Positions 16,497 to 25,334 of a stretch of 64,000 nt of DNA are shown in pieces. Source of the stretch: an uncultured Roseicyclus sp. (GTDB lineage: Bacteria; Pseudomonadota; Alphaproteobacteria; Rhodobacterales; Rhodobacteraceae). The translations under genes were made by a program, and so were the position numbers. The stretch lies in the NCBI GenBank assembly GCA_964578115.1, contig CAZOBK010000005.1, positions 19,637 through 83,636 of the forward strand. Direction: 5' to 3'. Positions within the stretch are counted from its first letter, which is position 1; each line of letters opens with the position of its first letter. The notes beneath the pieces are model-generated. The model worked only from the letters and a program-made list of their open reading frames with translations. It was not told the DNA's origin and did no database searches.

Positions 16497-19360
16497 GTGC
16501 GCTCCACCTCGGGTTTTCCATAGGCGAGTTTCGACGGCGCGTCCGGCAATCCGCCACGACCGAACGCCTCGAAGCTCGGCTCGGTTTCGCCCGCGCCATC
16601 GGCCCTTTCGATGGACACGCGAAGGTCGAACCATGCTGCCTGCCCGGTGATGGGGTCGGAGTTCGAATAGCGATAGCCGCCCCCGCCATCAGGAAGAAGT
16701 TCTGATATAAGATGGTTGAGCAGGAATCCCTTCTTGGCCTCGGGCGCGTCGTCGTCGAGACCCCAGGCACCCTTGCGCTTGCCGATGGCGTTCCACGTCC
16801 AGACCGTATGCGGGTTCACCCCGTCCATCAGGCGGACCTGGCACTTCACCCGCCCGAGATGAGAGGCGATCCAGACCCAGTCGTCGTCCACGACACCGAT
16901 CCGCGCGCCGAGATCGCGGTGAATGTAGAGCCGGTTCTCCGCCGTGATCTGCCTCAGCCACGCGTTCTGCGAGCCCCAGGAATGGTACATGTGCATCGGG
17001 CGCTGCGTGATGGCGTGCAGGGGGAAGGCCGCGCCATCCACCATCTCGCCCTCGAAGGGCGGATACCAGAAGGGCAGCGGGTCGAAATGGGTCTCGATCC
17101 GGTCACGGGCACGCTCGGGCGGCTGGCGGTCTCCATGGCCCCGCGCGGCCAGCCGGAAGCGCTGCAACGGTTCACAGTAGAGCTGGAAGATCGTGGGCTC
17201 GGGCGACAGCCGGATGCCCTTCTCGATGCCCCAATCGAGATAGCCGCGATTGGCGTGCTTGAAATAGGCGTGTTCCGGCGCGATGGGCTGCACGTGAAAG
17301 GCGCCGTTTTCGATGTAGCGCTGCAACTGATCGGGATTGGGTGCGCCGACGCAGGTCTCGGTCCCATCCGCCCCGCGCCAGCCCGAAAGCGGGCCGATGC
17401 CCGGCTTGCGCTCGTGGTTGACCATGTAATCGGGGTAGCCGCCGGGATAGGCGGGGCTGCCGTCGTCCTTGATGAACCCCGGCAGGCCCAGCCGCGCGCC
17501 AAGGTCGATCAGCACGTCTTGGAACCCGCGCACATCCCGATCGGGCGGGACCACCGGCTGCCGGATCGCGTCGGCGATCATGTCGGGCTCGGATATCGGG
17601 CGATCGAGCAATGAGATGCAGTCCCACCGTTCCAGATAGGTGGTATCGGGCAGGATCAGGTCGGCATAGGGCACCGTCTCGGAATAGTAGGCGTCCGAAT
17701 AGATGATCTTTGGTATCAAATAGTCGCCGCTCTCGTCCCTGGCGGTCAGCGCCTCGAGCGTCCCCGGCACGTTCATCGACGAATTCCACGCCATGTTCGC
17801 CATGTAGAGGAACAGGACATCGATGCCGTAAGGGTCCTTCTTCGCCGCGTTGTTCAGCACCATGTGCATCAGCCCGTGGGCCGACATCGGCGCGTCCCAT
17901 GAAAACCCCTTGTCGAGGCGCGACGGCGTTCCGTCCTCCCCGATCAGAAGGTGCTGCGGCCCGTGCGGGAAGCCCAGATGCGGGCCGCCCAGCGGCATCT
18001 CCGGCTGGATGTCCTGCGGCAGACCGTGAGGCAGGAGGTTAGGCGGCGTCTGTTTGGGATAGGGCGGCTTGTAGCGGAAACCGCCGGGGCAATCGATGGA
18101 GCCGAGCAGGATCTGCAGCACATGGATCATCCGGCAGGTCTGAAACCCGTTGGAATGGGCCGAGATGCCGCGCATCGCGTGCATGGAGACCGGGCGCCCG
18201 ATCATCTTGTCGTGCTTGCGGCCCCACGCATCCGTCCATGGCCGGTCGAGCGTGATCTCTTCCTTGAAGGCCACATGGGCCATCTCGGCGGCGATGCGGC
18301 GGATCTGGTCGGCCGGGATGCCCGTCGCCCCGGCCACGGCCTCCGGCGTGTAGTCATCGCCCAGGTAGCGCTCGGCCATCAGTTCGAAGACCGGACGCGC
18401 GCAGCGCCCGTCGGGCAGGTCCCTTGCACCCGTAAGCGTGACAGACAGGTCGCCCGCCTTCCCGCTCACCAGCCCGCCCGCGTCGCGCGACCAGGCCTGC
18501 GGATTGCCCTCCGCGTCCCGCGCGAAAAGCCCGTCCTCGGCCGTTCCCGGCGCGTCGATCACCAGCCAGGGCGCGTTGGTGTAGCGGATCAGGTAATCGA
18601 GATCGATCTGCTGCGTCCGGAACAACTCATGGATCAGCGCGCCCACGAAAAGGCCATCCGTTCCCGGCTGCACGCCCACCCATTCGTCGGCGACCGCGTT
18701 GTAGCCCGTGCGCACCGGATTGATCGACACGATCTTGGCGCCGCGTTCCTTAAGCTTGCCGATGCCCATCTTGATGGGGTTGGAGGCGTGATCCTCCGCC
18801 ACGCCGAACAGCAGGAAATACTTCGTATGCTCCCAGTCGGGATCGCCGAATTCCCAGAACGCACCGCCGAAGGTGTAAAGCCCGCCGGCGGCCATGTTCA
18901 CCGAACAGAACCCGCCATGGGCTGCGAAATTGGGGGTGCCGAACTTCATCGCCCAGAAGCCCGTCAGGCTCTGGCTCTGGTCGCGCCCGGTGAAGAAGGC
19001 GAGCCGCTTGGGGTCGGTCTTGCGGACCGTGCCCATCCACTCGGTCGCGAGGCTCAGCGCCTCTTCCCAGCTGATTTCCTGAAACTCGCCCGAGCCCCTT
19101 GGCCCAACCCGCTTCATCGGCGCGCGCAACCGCGCGGGGGAGCAGTGCTGCATGATGCCCGACGCGCCCTTGCCGCAGATCACGCCCTTGTTGAGCGGAT
19201 GATCGCGATTGCCATCAATATAGCGCACGTCGGCCCGCCCGCCTGGCACGTCGCGCAGATGCACGTCGATGCCGCAGCGGCAGGCGCACATGTAGCACGT
19301 GGTCTTGGCGACGCGGTCGCCGACCGGCGCGTTCAGATCGATATCGGGCTGCGCTGACAT
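16493..19360 (-). CDS. soeA: Bis-MGD molybdopterin oxidoreductase catalytic subunit without a Tat signal (SoeA-like cytoplasm-facing sulfite dehydrogenase candidate)
   Basis: 955 aa from ATG 19360 (GGAGGAG RBS). FS0 cluster motif C-x2-C-x3-C (CYMCACRC) plus ICGKG. No RRxFLK twin-arginine motif at the N-terminus (MSAQPDIDLNAPVGDR...). Subunit sizes 955/248/320 aa fit SoeABC better than DmsABC. Confidence 0.65.
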   Translation of the reverse strand: MSAQPDIDLNAPVGDRVAKTTCYMCACRCGIDVHLRDVPGGRADVRYIDGNRDHPLNKGVICGKGASGIMQHCSPARLRAPMKRVGPRGSGEFQEISWEEALSLATEWMGTVRKTDPKRLAFFTGRDQSQSLTGFWAMKFGTPNFAAHGGFCSVNMAAGGLYTFGGAFWEFGDPDWEHTKYFLLFGVAEDHASNPIKMGIGKLKERGAKIVSINPVRTGYNAVADEWVGVQPGTDGLFVGALIHELFRTQQIDLDYLIRYTNAPWLVIDAPGTAEDGLFARDAEGNPQAWSRDAGGLVSGKAGDLSVTLTGARDLPDGRCARPVFELMAERYLGDDYTPEAVAGATGIPADQIRRIAAEMAHVAFKEEITLDRPWTDAWGRKHDKMIGRPVSMHAMRGISAHSNGFQTCRMIHVLQILLGSIDCPGGFRYKPPYPKQTPPNLLPHGLPQDIQPEMPLGGPHLGFPHGPQHLLIGEDGTPSRLDKGFSWDAPMSAHGLMHMVLNNAAKKDPYGIDVLFLYMANMAWNSSMNVPGTLEALTARDESGDYLIPKIIYSDAYYSETVPYADLILPDTTYLERWDCISLLDRPISEPDMIADAIRQPVVPPDRDVRGFQDVLIDLGARLGLPGFIKDDGSPAYPGGYPDYMVNHERKPGIGPLSGWRGADGTETCVGAPNPDQLQRYIENGAFHVQPIAPEHAYFKHANRGYLDWGIEKGIRLSPEPTIFQLYCEPLQRFRLAARGHGDRQPPERARDRIETHFDPLPFWYPPFEGEMVDGAAFPLHAITQRPMHMYHSWGSQNAWLRQITAENRLYIHRDLGARIGVVDDDWVWIASHLGRVKCQVRLMDGVNPHTVWTWNAIGKRKGAWGLDDDAPEAKKGFLLNHLISELLPDGGGGYRYSNSDPITGQAAWFDLRVSIERADGAGETEPSFEAFGRGGLPDAPSKLAYGKPEVERT

Positions 19361-19413
19361 ACGGCGCGCCACTCCTCCCCTTGTCGGGCCGCGGGTAAAA
19401 CGCCCCCCTCGTG

Positions 19414-20319
19414 TCACGTTAGCGGCGCTTTTCCGAATGCGCGAGGGGGGATTGTTGCGACCTGAGGCTGCCCGGCCTCGAGATGGGCGCGCAGCGCCTT
19501 GAGCGCCTGCCGATAGGGCCCGCGATGCCGGTTGCGCAGATGGACGCAGGCATAGACCGGCTGCGCGATGACCGGCGCGCCCGACACGCGCCGGGCCAGT
19601 CCCGCGCGCCCCAGTTCCATCGCCGTCTGCAGAAGGACATAGGCGCTGCCCCCGAAGGCGGTGAGCAGCCCGCGCACAACGGCATTCTGCCCGCCAGACA
19701 CCGCGCCCACCGACAAGGCCGGCAGAAGTGCGGCATGCGCGACCGAGAAGGCCGGCGCGTAATTGGCAAGGATGTAGCTGTCCGCGCGCACCTCCGAGAG
19801 GCGCTCGGCCTCGGTCGAGACCATCACATAGGCGATCTCGCCCAGCGTTTCGAAATGCAGGTCGGGCTGTGGTTTCGGCGTGTAGAAGATCGCGAGGTCG
19901 AGCGCGCCGTTCGCGACATCGGAACACATCTGCGCGGAATAATCCGCCTCGACGTAAAGCGCGGTCTGCGGCAAGGCGCCTTGCAGGACCCGGACCCACT
20001 CGGCCACGCTGTCGCCCAGAAGATCGTGCTGGATGCCGATGCGCGCAGTACGTGCGGCACTTCCCGCACCTTGCGCATCCTGCAGCCCCGCGCGCCATGC
20101 CAGCCGCATGGCGCGGGCGTGCGGCTCGAACCTCAGCCCCTCGGTCGTCAGCGCGGTTCCGGCGCGGCTGCGCTCCAGCAGGCGGCAGTTCAGCGCGGTC
20201 TCGAGCGCCCTGAGCCGCCCGGAGACAGTCGACTGCGTGACGCCAAGCCGTTCGGCCGTGCGGTTGAAACTGCGCGTGTCGCAGAGGTCGAGGAAGGTTT
20301 CGATCTGTTCGATGTTCAT
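19414..20319 (-). CDS. LysR-family transcriptional regulator
   Basis: N-terminal HTH IEQIETFLDLCDTRSFNRTAERLGVTQSTVSGRLRALE, followed by an LysR substrate-binding domain. Confidence 0.9.
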   Translation of the reverse strand: MNIEQIETFLDLCDTRSFNRTAERLGVTQSTVSGRLRALETALNCRLLERSRAGTALTTEGLRFEPHARAMRLAWRAGLQDAQGAGSAARTARIGIQHDLLGDSVAEWVRVLQGALPQTALYVEADYSAQMCSDVANGALDLAIFYTPKPQPDLHFETLGEIAYVMVSTEAERLSEVRADSYILANYAPAFSVAHAALLPALSVGAVSGGQNAVVRGLLTAFGGSAYVLLQTAMELGRAGLARRVSGAPVIAQPVYACVHLRNRHRGPYRQALKALRAHLEAGQPQVATIPPRAFGKAPLT

Positions 20320-20330
20320 GGCCGCACCCT

Positions 20331-20347
20331 GATCGGAATTCCCGATC
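20331..20347. promoter_or_regulatory. LysR-type (T-N11-A) box GATCGG-AATTC-CCGATC
   Basis: Perfect 6-bp arms containing ATC-N9-GAT. It lies 12 nt upstream of the LysR start, in the region divergent from the DMGDH-like operon. Confidence 0.55.
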
Positions 20348-20437
20348 TAAACACATTCAACATCGCGATTGAAGCCCGCCCGTACCGTGGGAATAGTCAA
20401 CCTGAAAAAGATCGTCCGTCACCGTGGGAGGACAGTC

Positions 20438-22885
20438 ATGGCCGACATTCCAGGGCATGCACGCGTGGTCATCATCGGTGGCGGGGTGGTCGGCGTCTCG
20501 GCGCTTTATCATCTGGCCAAAGCCGGCTGGACCGACTGCGTTCTTCTTGAAAAGAACGAACTGACGGCGGGCTCGACATGGCATGCGGCCGGCAACGTGC
20601 CGACCTTCTCGACCTCCTGGTCGATCATGAACATGCAGCGCTATTCGACCGAGCTTTATCGCGGACTTGGCGACGCGGTCGATTACGCCATGAACTACCA
20701 TGTGACCGGGTCGATCAGGCTGGGTCATTCGGACGAGCGCATGCAGGAATTCGCACGCGCCCGCGGCATGGGTCTCCACCAGGGGATGAGCCTCGAGGTC
20801 CTCGCGCCGGACGAGATCAAGGACAAGTATCCCTTCATCGAGACCCATGACATCAAGGGCGCGCTTTACGATCCTGCCGATGGCGACATCGACCCCGCGC
20901 AGCTGACGCAGGCGCTGGCCAAGGGCGCGCGCGATCTGGGCGCCATGATCCAGCGCTTCTGCCCCGCGACGGGGGTCAGCCGCGAGAATGGCGAGTGGAT
21001 CGTCCACACGGAAAAGGGCGACATCCGTTGCGAGATCGTGGTGAACGCCGCCGGTTACTACGCCCAGCGCGTCGGCGAGTGGTTCAAGCCCTATGGCGGG
21101 CGCACGGTGCCGATGATGGTGATGAGCCACCAGTACCTGATCTTCGACGAGGTGCCGGCGGTCCGCGACTGGTCGGAAAAGGTCGGCCACAAGCTGCCGC
21201 TGCTGCGCGACGTGGACGTGTCCTACTACCTGAGGCAGGAGAAGAACGGCTTCAACCTCGGCCCGTACGAGCGGACCTGCAAGGCGCACTGGGCCGATCC
21301 CTCCGACCCGATGCCGGAGGATTTCAGCTTTCAGCTCTACCCCGACGCGCTGGACCGCCTGTCCGTGCAGATCGAGGACAGCATGGCCCGCGTGCCGGTG
21401 CTGGCCGAGGCAGGGCTGGCGAAAACGATCAACGGCCCGATCCCCTACACGCCGGATGGCAACCCGCTTCTGGGGCCCATGCCGGGCGTGCCGAACGCCT
21501 TCGAGGCCTGCGTCTTCACCTTCGGCATCGCGCAGGGCGGCGGCGCGGGCAAGGTGCTGGCGGAGTGGATCACCGAAGGCGCGACCGAGTGGGACATGTG
21601 GTCCTGCGATCCGCGCCGCTTCACCGGCTATACCGATCACGAGTACTGCGTTCAGAAGGGGATGGAGGTCTACGCCCATGAATACGGCATGCATTTCCCG
21701 TGGCACCGCTGGCCCGCCGCGCCGGATCGCAGGGTCTCCCTGGTCCAAGATCTTGTAAAGGAACTTGGCGGTCAGATGGGCGCCTATGCCGGCTGGGAAC
21801 GCGCGAACTGGTTCGCGAAACCCGGCGACGACACGTCCGAGGAAGCGACACAGACCTGGAACCGAGCCGGCCCGTGGGAGCCGCGCATCCGCAAGGAATG
21901 CGAGGCGGTGCGCGACGGCGTGGGCGTGCTGGACCTGCCCGGGTTTTCGCGCTTCCACCTGACCGGCGAGGGCGCGGGCGAATGGCTGCTGGGCAAGATC
22001 GCGGGCGGACTGCCCAAACCCGGCCGCATCGCGCTGGCCTATTTCCCGGATCATCGCGGCCGCATCGTCACGGAGATGACCATCGCCTGCAACGGCGAGG
22101 ATGATTTCACGCTGATCACCGCGGCGACCGCGCAGTGGCACGATTACGAATGGCTGGCGCGCGACCTGTCCGAGGGATTGTCGCTTGCCGATCTTTCCGG
22201 CGATCTTTCGACACTGATCGTGACGGGTCCGCAAGCGCGCGATCTCTTCCATCAGGTGGGCACAGAAGCCGACCTTCACTTGCCGTGGCTCACCCACCAG
22301 TCGGCCATGGTGGCCGGGCGGCCCTGCACGCTGGCCCGCGTCAGTTTCGCCGGGGAACTGGGCTGGGAGGTACACGCCGCCAACTCGGAGATCCCCGCGC
22401 TTTACGGGGCGATCCTCGGCGCGGGGGCGAAGCCCTTCGGGATGTTCGCGCTGAACTCACTACGCATCGAAAAGGGCTACCGCGCGTGGAAGGGCGATCT
22501 TTCCACCGATTACAGCCTGTTCGAAGGCGGGCTCGACCGGTTCATCCGGTTCGACAAGCCGCAGGATTTCCCCGGCAAGGCGGCGCTTCTGGCAGAGAAG
22601 CAGCGCGGCGTGACGAAGCGTTTCGTGACGCTGACCGTGGACGCGGGCGCCGCCGACGCGCCCTACATGTCGACGCTCTGGCATGATGGCGCCGTGGTGG
22701 GCGAGACCACCTCGGGCGCATGGGGCTATCGCGTCGGAAGCTCCATCGCACTCGGCATGCTGCGCGCCGATCTGGCGGTGCCGGGAAATGCGCTGGAGGT
22801 CGACATCTTCGGCGACCGCCGCCCCGCCATCGTGCAGCCCGACGGCCCGCTGTGGGACCCCGGCAATGACCGGCTGAGGGCCTGA
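20438..22885 (+). CDS. FAD-dependent oxidoreductase with a C-terminal GcvT/THF-binding domain (dimethylglycine/sarcosine dehydrogenase family), paralogue 1
   Basis: 815 aa. VVIIGGGVVGVSALYHL FAD fold, STWHAAG (the covalent-flavin His context of DMGDH/SARDH), and a C-terminal aminomethyltransferase-like domain. GGGAGG RBS before ATG 20438. Confidence 0.85.
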   Translation: MADIPGHARVVIIGGGVVGVSALYHLAKAGWTDCVLLEKNELTAGSTWHAAGNVPTFSTSWSIMNMQRYSTELYRGLGDAVDYAMNYHVTGSIRLGHSDERMQEFARARGMGLHQGMSLEVLAPDEIKDKYPFIETHDIKGALYDPADGDIDPAQLTQALAKGARDLGAMIQRFCPATGVSRENGEWIVHTEKGDIRCEIVVNAAGYYAQRVGEWFKPYGGRTVPMMVMSHQYLIFDEVPAVRDWSEKVGHKLPLLRDVDVSYYLRQEKNGFNLGPYERTCKAHWADPSDPMPEDFSFQLYPDALDRLSVQIEDSMARVPVLAEAGLAKTINGPIPYTPDGNPLLGPMPGVPNAFEACVFTFGIAQGGGAGKVLAEWITEGATEWDMWSCDPRRFTGYTDHEYCVQKGMEVYAHEYGMHFPWHRWPAAPDRRVSLVQDLVKELGGQMGAYAGWERANWFAKPGDDTSEEATQTWNRAGPWEPRIRKECEAVRDGVGVLDLPGFSRFHLTGEGAGEWLLGKIAGGLPKPGRIALAYFPDHRGRIVTEMTIACNGEDDFTLITAATAQWHDYEWLARDLSEGLSLADLSGDLSTLIVTGPQARDLFHQVGTEADLHLPWLTHQSAMVAGRPCTLARVSFAGELGWEVHAANSEIPALYGAILGAGAKPFGMFALNSLRIEKGYRAWKGDLSTDYSLFEGGLDRFIRFDKPQDFPGKAALLAEKQRGVTKRFVTLTVDAGAADAPYMSTLWHDGAVVGETTSGAWGYRVGSSIALGMLRADLAVPGNALEVDIFGDRRPAIVQPDGPLWDPGNDRLRA

Positions 22886-22889
22886 GCCC

Positions 22890-25334
22890 ATGGCCGACCT
22901 CCCCACTCACGCCCGCGCCGTCATCATCGGTGGCGGCGTCTCGGGCTGTTCGGTCGCCTATCACCTGGCGAAACTCGGCTGGACCGACATCGTCCTTCTT
23001 GAACGCAGACAGCTGACCTGCGGCACCACGTGGCACGCCGCCGGTCTGGTGGGTCAGTTGCGCGGCACCCAGAACATGACGCGGCTGGCGAAGTACTCCG
23101 CCGATCTCTACGTCCGGCTCGAAGAGGAAACCGGCGTCGCCACCGGCATGCGGCAGGTGGGGTCCATCTCGCTTGGCCTGACCGCCGACCGGCGGGAAGA
23201 ATTGCTTCGTCAGGCCACGCTCGCCCGCGCCTTCGATGTGGAGGTGGGCGAGATTTCCACCGCCGAGGTCAAGGCGATGTATCCCCATGTGGAGGTCGGA
23301 GACATCACCTGCGCCGTGCACCTTCCCGGCGACGGGCAGTGCGACCCGGCCAATATCGCCATGGCGCTGGCCAAGGGCGCGCGGATGCGCGGCGCGCAGA
23401 TCTTCGAGGGCGTGAAGGTCACCGCCGTCAAGGACGATGGGAAGCGCGTCACCGGCGTCGACTGGGAGGCGAGCGGCGAGACCGGTCACATCGCGGCCGA
23501 CATCGTCATCAACTGCGGCGGCATGTGGGGCCGTGACCTGGCCGCGGGGTCCGGCGTGAGCCTGCCGCTTCATGCCTGCGAGCATTTCTATCTTGTAACA
23601 GAACCCATCGATGGCCTCGGGCATCTGCCGGTGCTCCGCGTCCCCGACGAATGCGCCTATTACAAGTCCGACGCAGGCAAAATGATGCTGGGCGCCTTCG
23701 AGCCGCGCGCGAAACCCTGGGGCATGTCGGGCATCCCCGAGGATTTCTGCTTCGATGCCCTTCCGGAAGATTTCGAGCATTTCGAGCCGATCCTCGACAT
23801 GGCCACCCGCCGCATGCCGATGTTCGAGACGGCGGGCATCCATACCTTCTTCAACGGCCCCGAAAGCTTCACCCCCGACGACCGCTACTACCTCGGAGAG
23901 GCGCCGGAGCTTGGCGGCTACTGGGTCGCGGCCGGCTACAACTCCATCGGCATCGTCTCCTCGGGGGGCGCGGGCATGGCGCTGGCGCAATGGATCGTGG
24001 ACGGCGAGGCGCCCTTCGACCTGTGGGAGGTCGACATCCGCCGCGCGCAACCCTTCCAGCGAAACCTGCGTTACCTGAAGGAACGCGTGACGGAAACCCT
24101 TGGCCTTCTCTACGCCGACCACTGGCCTTACCGGCAGGTCGAGACCGCGCGCGGCGTGCGCCGCAGCCCGGTCCATGAGCACCTGAAGCAGGCCGGCGCT
24201 GTCTTCGGCGAGGTCGCGGGGTGGGAGCGTGCGAACTGGTTCGCGGATCCGGGGCAGGCGCGCGAATACCGCTACGGCTGGCACCGGCAGAACTGGTTCG
24301 AGAACTCGCGGGCCGAGCATATGGCCGTGCGGCAGGGCGTGGGCCTTTTCGACATGACCTCCTTCGGCAAGATCCGGGTGGAAGGGCGCGACGCCGCCGC
24401 CTTCCTCAACCATGTCTGCGCCAACGAGGTCGGCGTGCCCGCCGGCCGCGTCGTTTACACCCAGATGCTCAACGCGAAAGGCGGGATCGAAAGCGACCTG
24501 ACCGTCACGCGGTTGAGCGAGACCGCCTTCCTGCTCGTCGTGCCCGGAGCGACGCTGCGCCGCGATCAGGCTTGGCTTCGTGCGCATGTCGGGAACCGTT
24601 TCGTGACGATCACCGACATGACCGCAGCCGAGGCCGTATTCTGCGTGATGGGGCCGAAGGCGCGAGATCTTCTACAGGATGCCAGCCCCGATGACCTGAC
24701 GAACGCCGCCTTCCCCTTCGGCACGGCACGCGAGATCGAGATCGGCATGGGGCTGGCCCGCGCCCACCGCATCTCCTACGTGGGCGAACTCGGTTGGGAG
24801 CTTTACGTCTCGACCGATCAGGCGGCGCATGTGTTCGAGGCTCTGACCGAGGCCGGAACGGATCACGGGCTCAAGCTCTGCGGTCTCCATGCGCTCGACA
24901 GTTGCCGTATCGAGAAGGCGTTCCGCCATTTCGGCCATGACATCACCGACGAGGATCACGTGCTGGAGGCAGGCCTCGGTTTCGCCGTGCGCACGCAGAA
25001 GCCCGATTTCATCGGCCGCGACGCGGTGCTGCGCAAGCGGGAGGCGGGGCTCGCCCGCCGCATGCTCCAGTTCCGGCTGACCGACCCCGAGCCGATGCTC
25101 TTTCACAACGAAGCCGTGGTTCGCGACGGAAAGATCGTCTCGATCGTGACCTCGGGAAATTACGGCCACGCGCTCGGCGGTGCGATCGGGATGGGCTACG
25201 TGCCCTGCTCCGGCGAAAGCGCCGAGGACGTGCTGGGCTCCACCTACGAGATCGAAGTGGCCGGCGTGCGCCACGCGGCGGAGGCCAGCCTGGCGCCGCT
25301 TTACGATCCGAAATCGGAAAGGGTGCGGATGTGA
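22890..25334 (+). CDS. FAD-dependent oxidoreductase with a C-terminal GcvT/THF-binding domain (dimethylglycine/sarcosine dehydrogenase family), paralogue 2
   Basis: 814 aa. AVIIGGGVSGCSVAYHL, TTWHAAG, and a GcvT-like C-terminal half. Starts 4 nt after the stop of paralogue 1. Confidence 0.85.
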   Translation: MADLPTHARAVIIGGGVSGCSVAYHLAKLGWTDIVLLERRQLTCGTTWHAAGLVGQLRGTQNMTRLAKYSADLYVRLEEETGVATGMRQVGSISLGLTADRREELLRQATLARAFDVEVGEISTAEVKAMYPHVEVGDITCAVHLPGDGQCDPANIAMALAKGARMRGAQIFEGVKVTAVKDDGKRVTGVDWEASGETGHIAADIVINCGGMWGRDLAAGSGVSLPLHACEHFYLVTEPIDGLGHLPVLRVPDECAYYKSDAGKMMLGAFEPRAKPWGMSGIPEDFCFDALPEDFEHFEPILDMATRRMPMFETAGIHTFFNGPESFTPDDRYYLGEAPELGGYWVAAGYNSIGIVSSGGAGMALAQWIVDGEAPFDLWEVDIRRAQPFQRNLRYLKERVTETLGLLYADHWPYRQVETARGVRRSPVHEHLKQAGAVFGEVAGWERANWFADPGQAREYRYGWHRQNWFENSRAEHMAVRQGVGLFDMTSFGKIRVEGRDAAAFLNHVCANEVGVPAGRVVYTQMLNAKGGIESDLTVTRLSETAFLLVVPGATLRRDQAWLRAHVGNRFVTITDMTAAEAVFCVMGPKARDLLQDASPDDLTNAAFPFGTAREIEIGMGLARAHRISYVGELGWELYVSTDQAAHVFEALTEAGTDHGLKLCGLHALDSCRIEKAFRHFGHDITDEDHVLEAGLGFAVRTQKPDFIGRDAVLRKREAGLARRMLQFRLTDPEPMLFHNEAVVRDGKIVSIVTSGNYGHALGGAIGMGYVPCSGESAEDVLGSTYEIEVAGVRHAAEASLAPLYDPKSERVRM

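Noticed and set aside
16493-19360. Annotation as periplasmic DMSO/TMAO reductase DmsABC
   Set aside because: The N-terminus has no twin-arginine signal (MSAQPDIDLNAPVG...), and the subunit sizes fit the cytoplasm-facing SoeABC/PadBCD-type complexes better. The substrate remains unproven.
16493-20356. ORF-track N-terminal extensions: the 1287-aa version of the molybdoenzyme gene, and similar extended ORFs at 13509-15521, 29271-31454, 30689-31765, 32959-34827, 33741-35981, 48340-50562, 51706-53559 and 53387-55015
   Set aside because: The extensions overlap the upstream gene in a different frame and translate to junk. In each case an internal ATG or GTG with a good SD, or an ATGA/GTGA overlap to the upstream stop, gives a protein of canonical family length. 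Starts were trimmed accordingly.
20357-24587. Two long minus-strand ORFs (20357-22375 and 22542-24587) opposite the DMGDH-like genes
   Set aside because: They are antisense shadow ORFs. They have no motifs, while the plus-strand frames carry FAD and GcvT signatures, RBSs and tight operon spacing.
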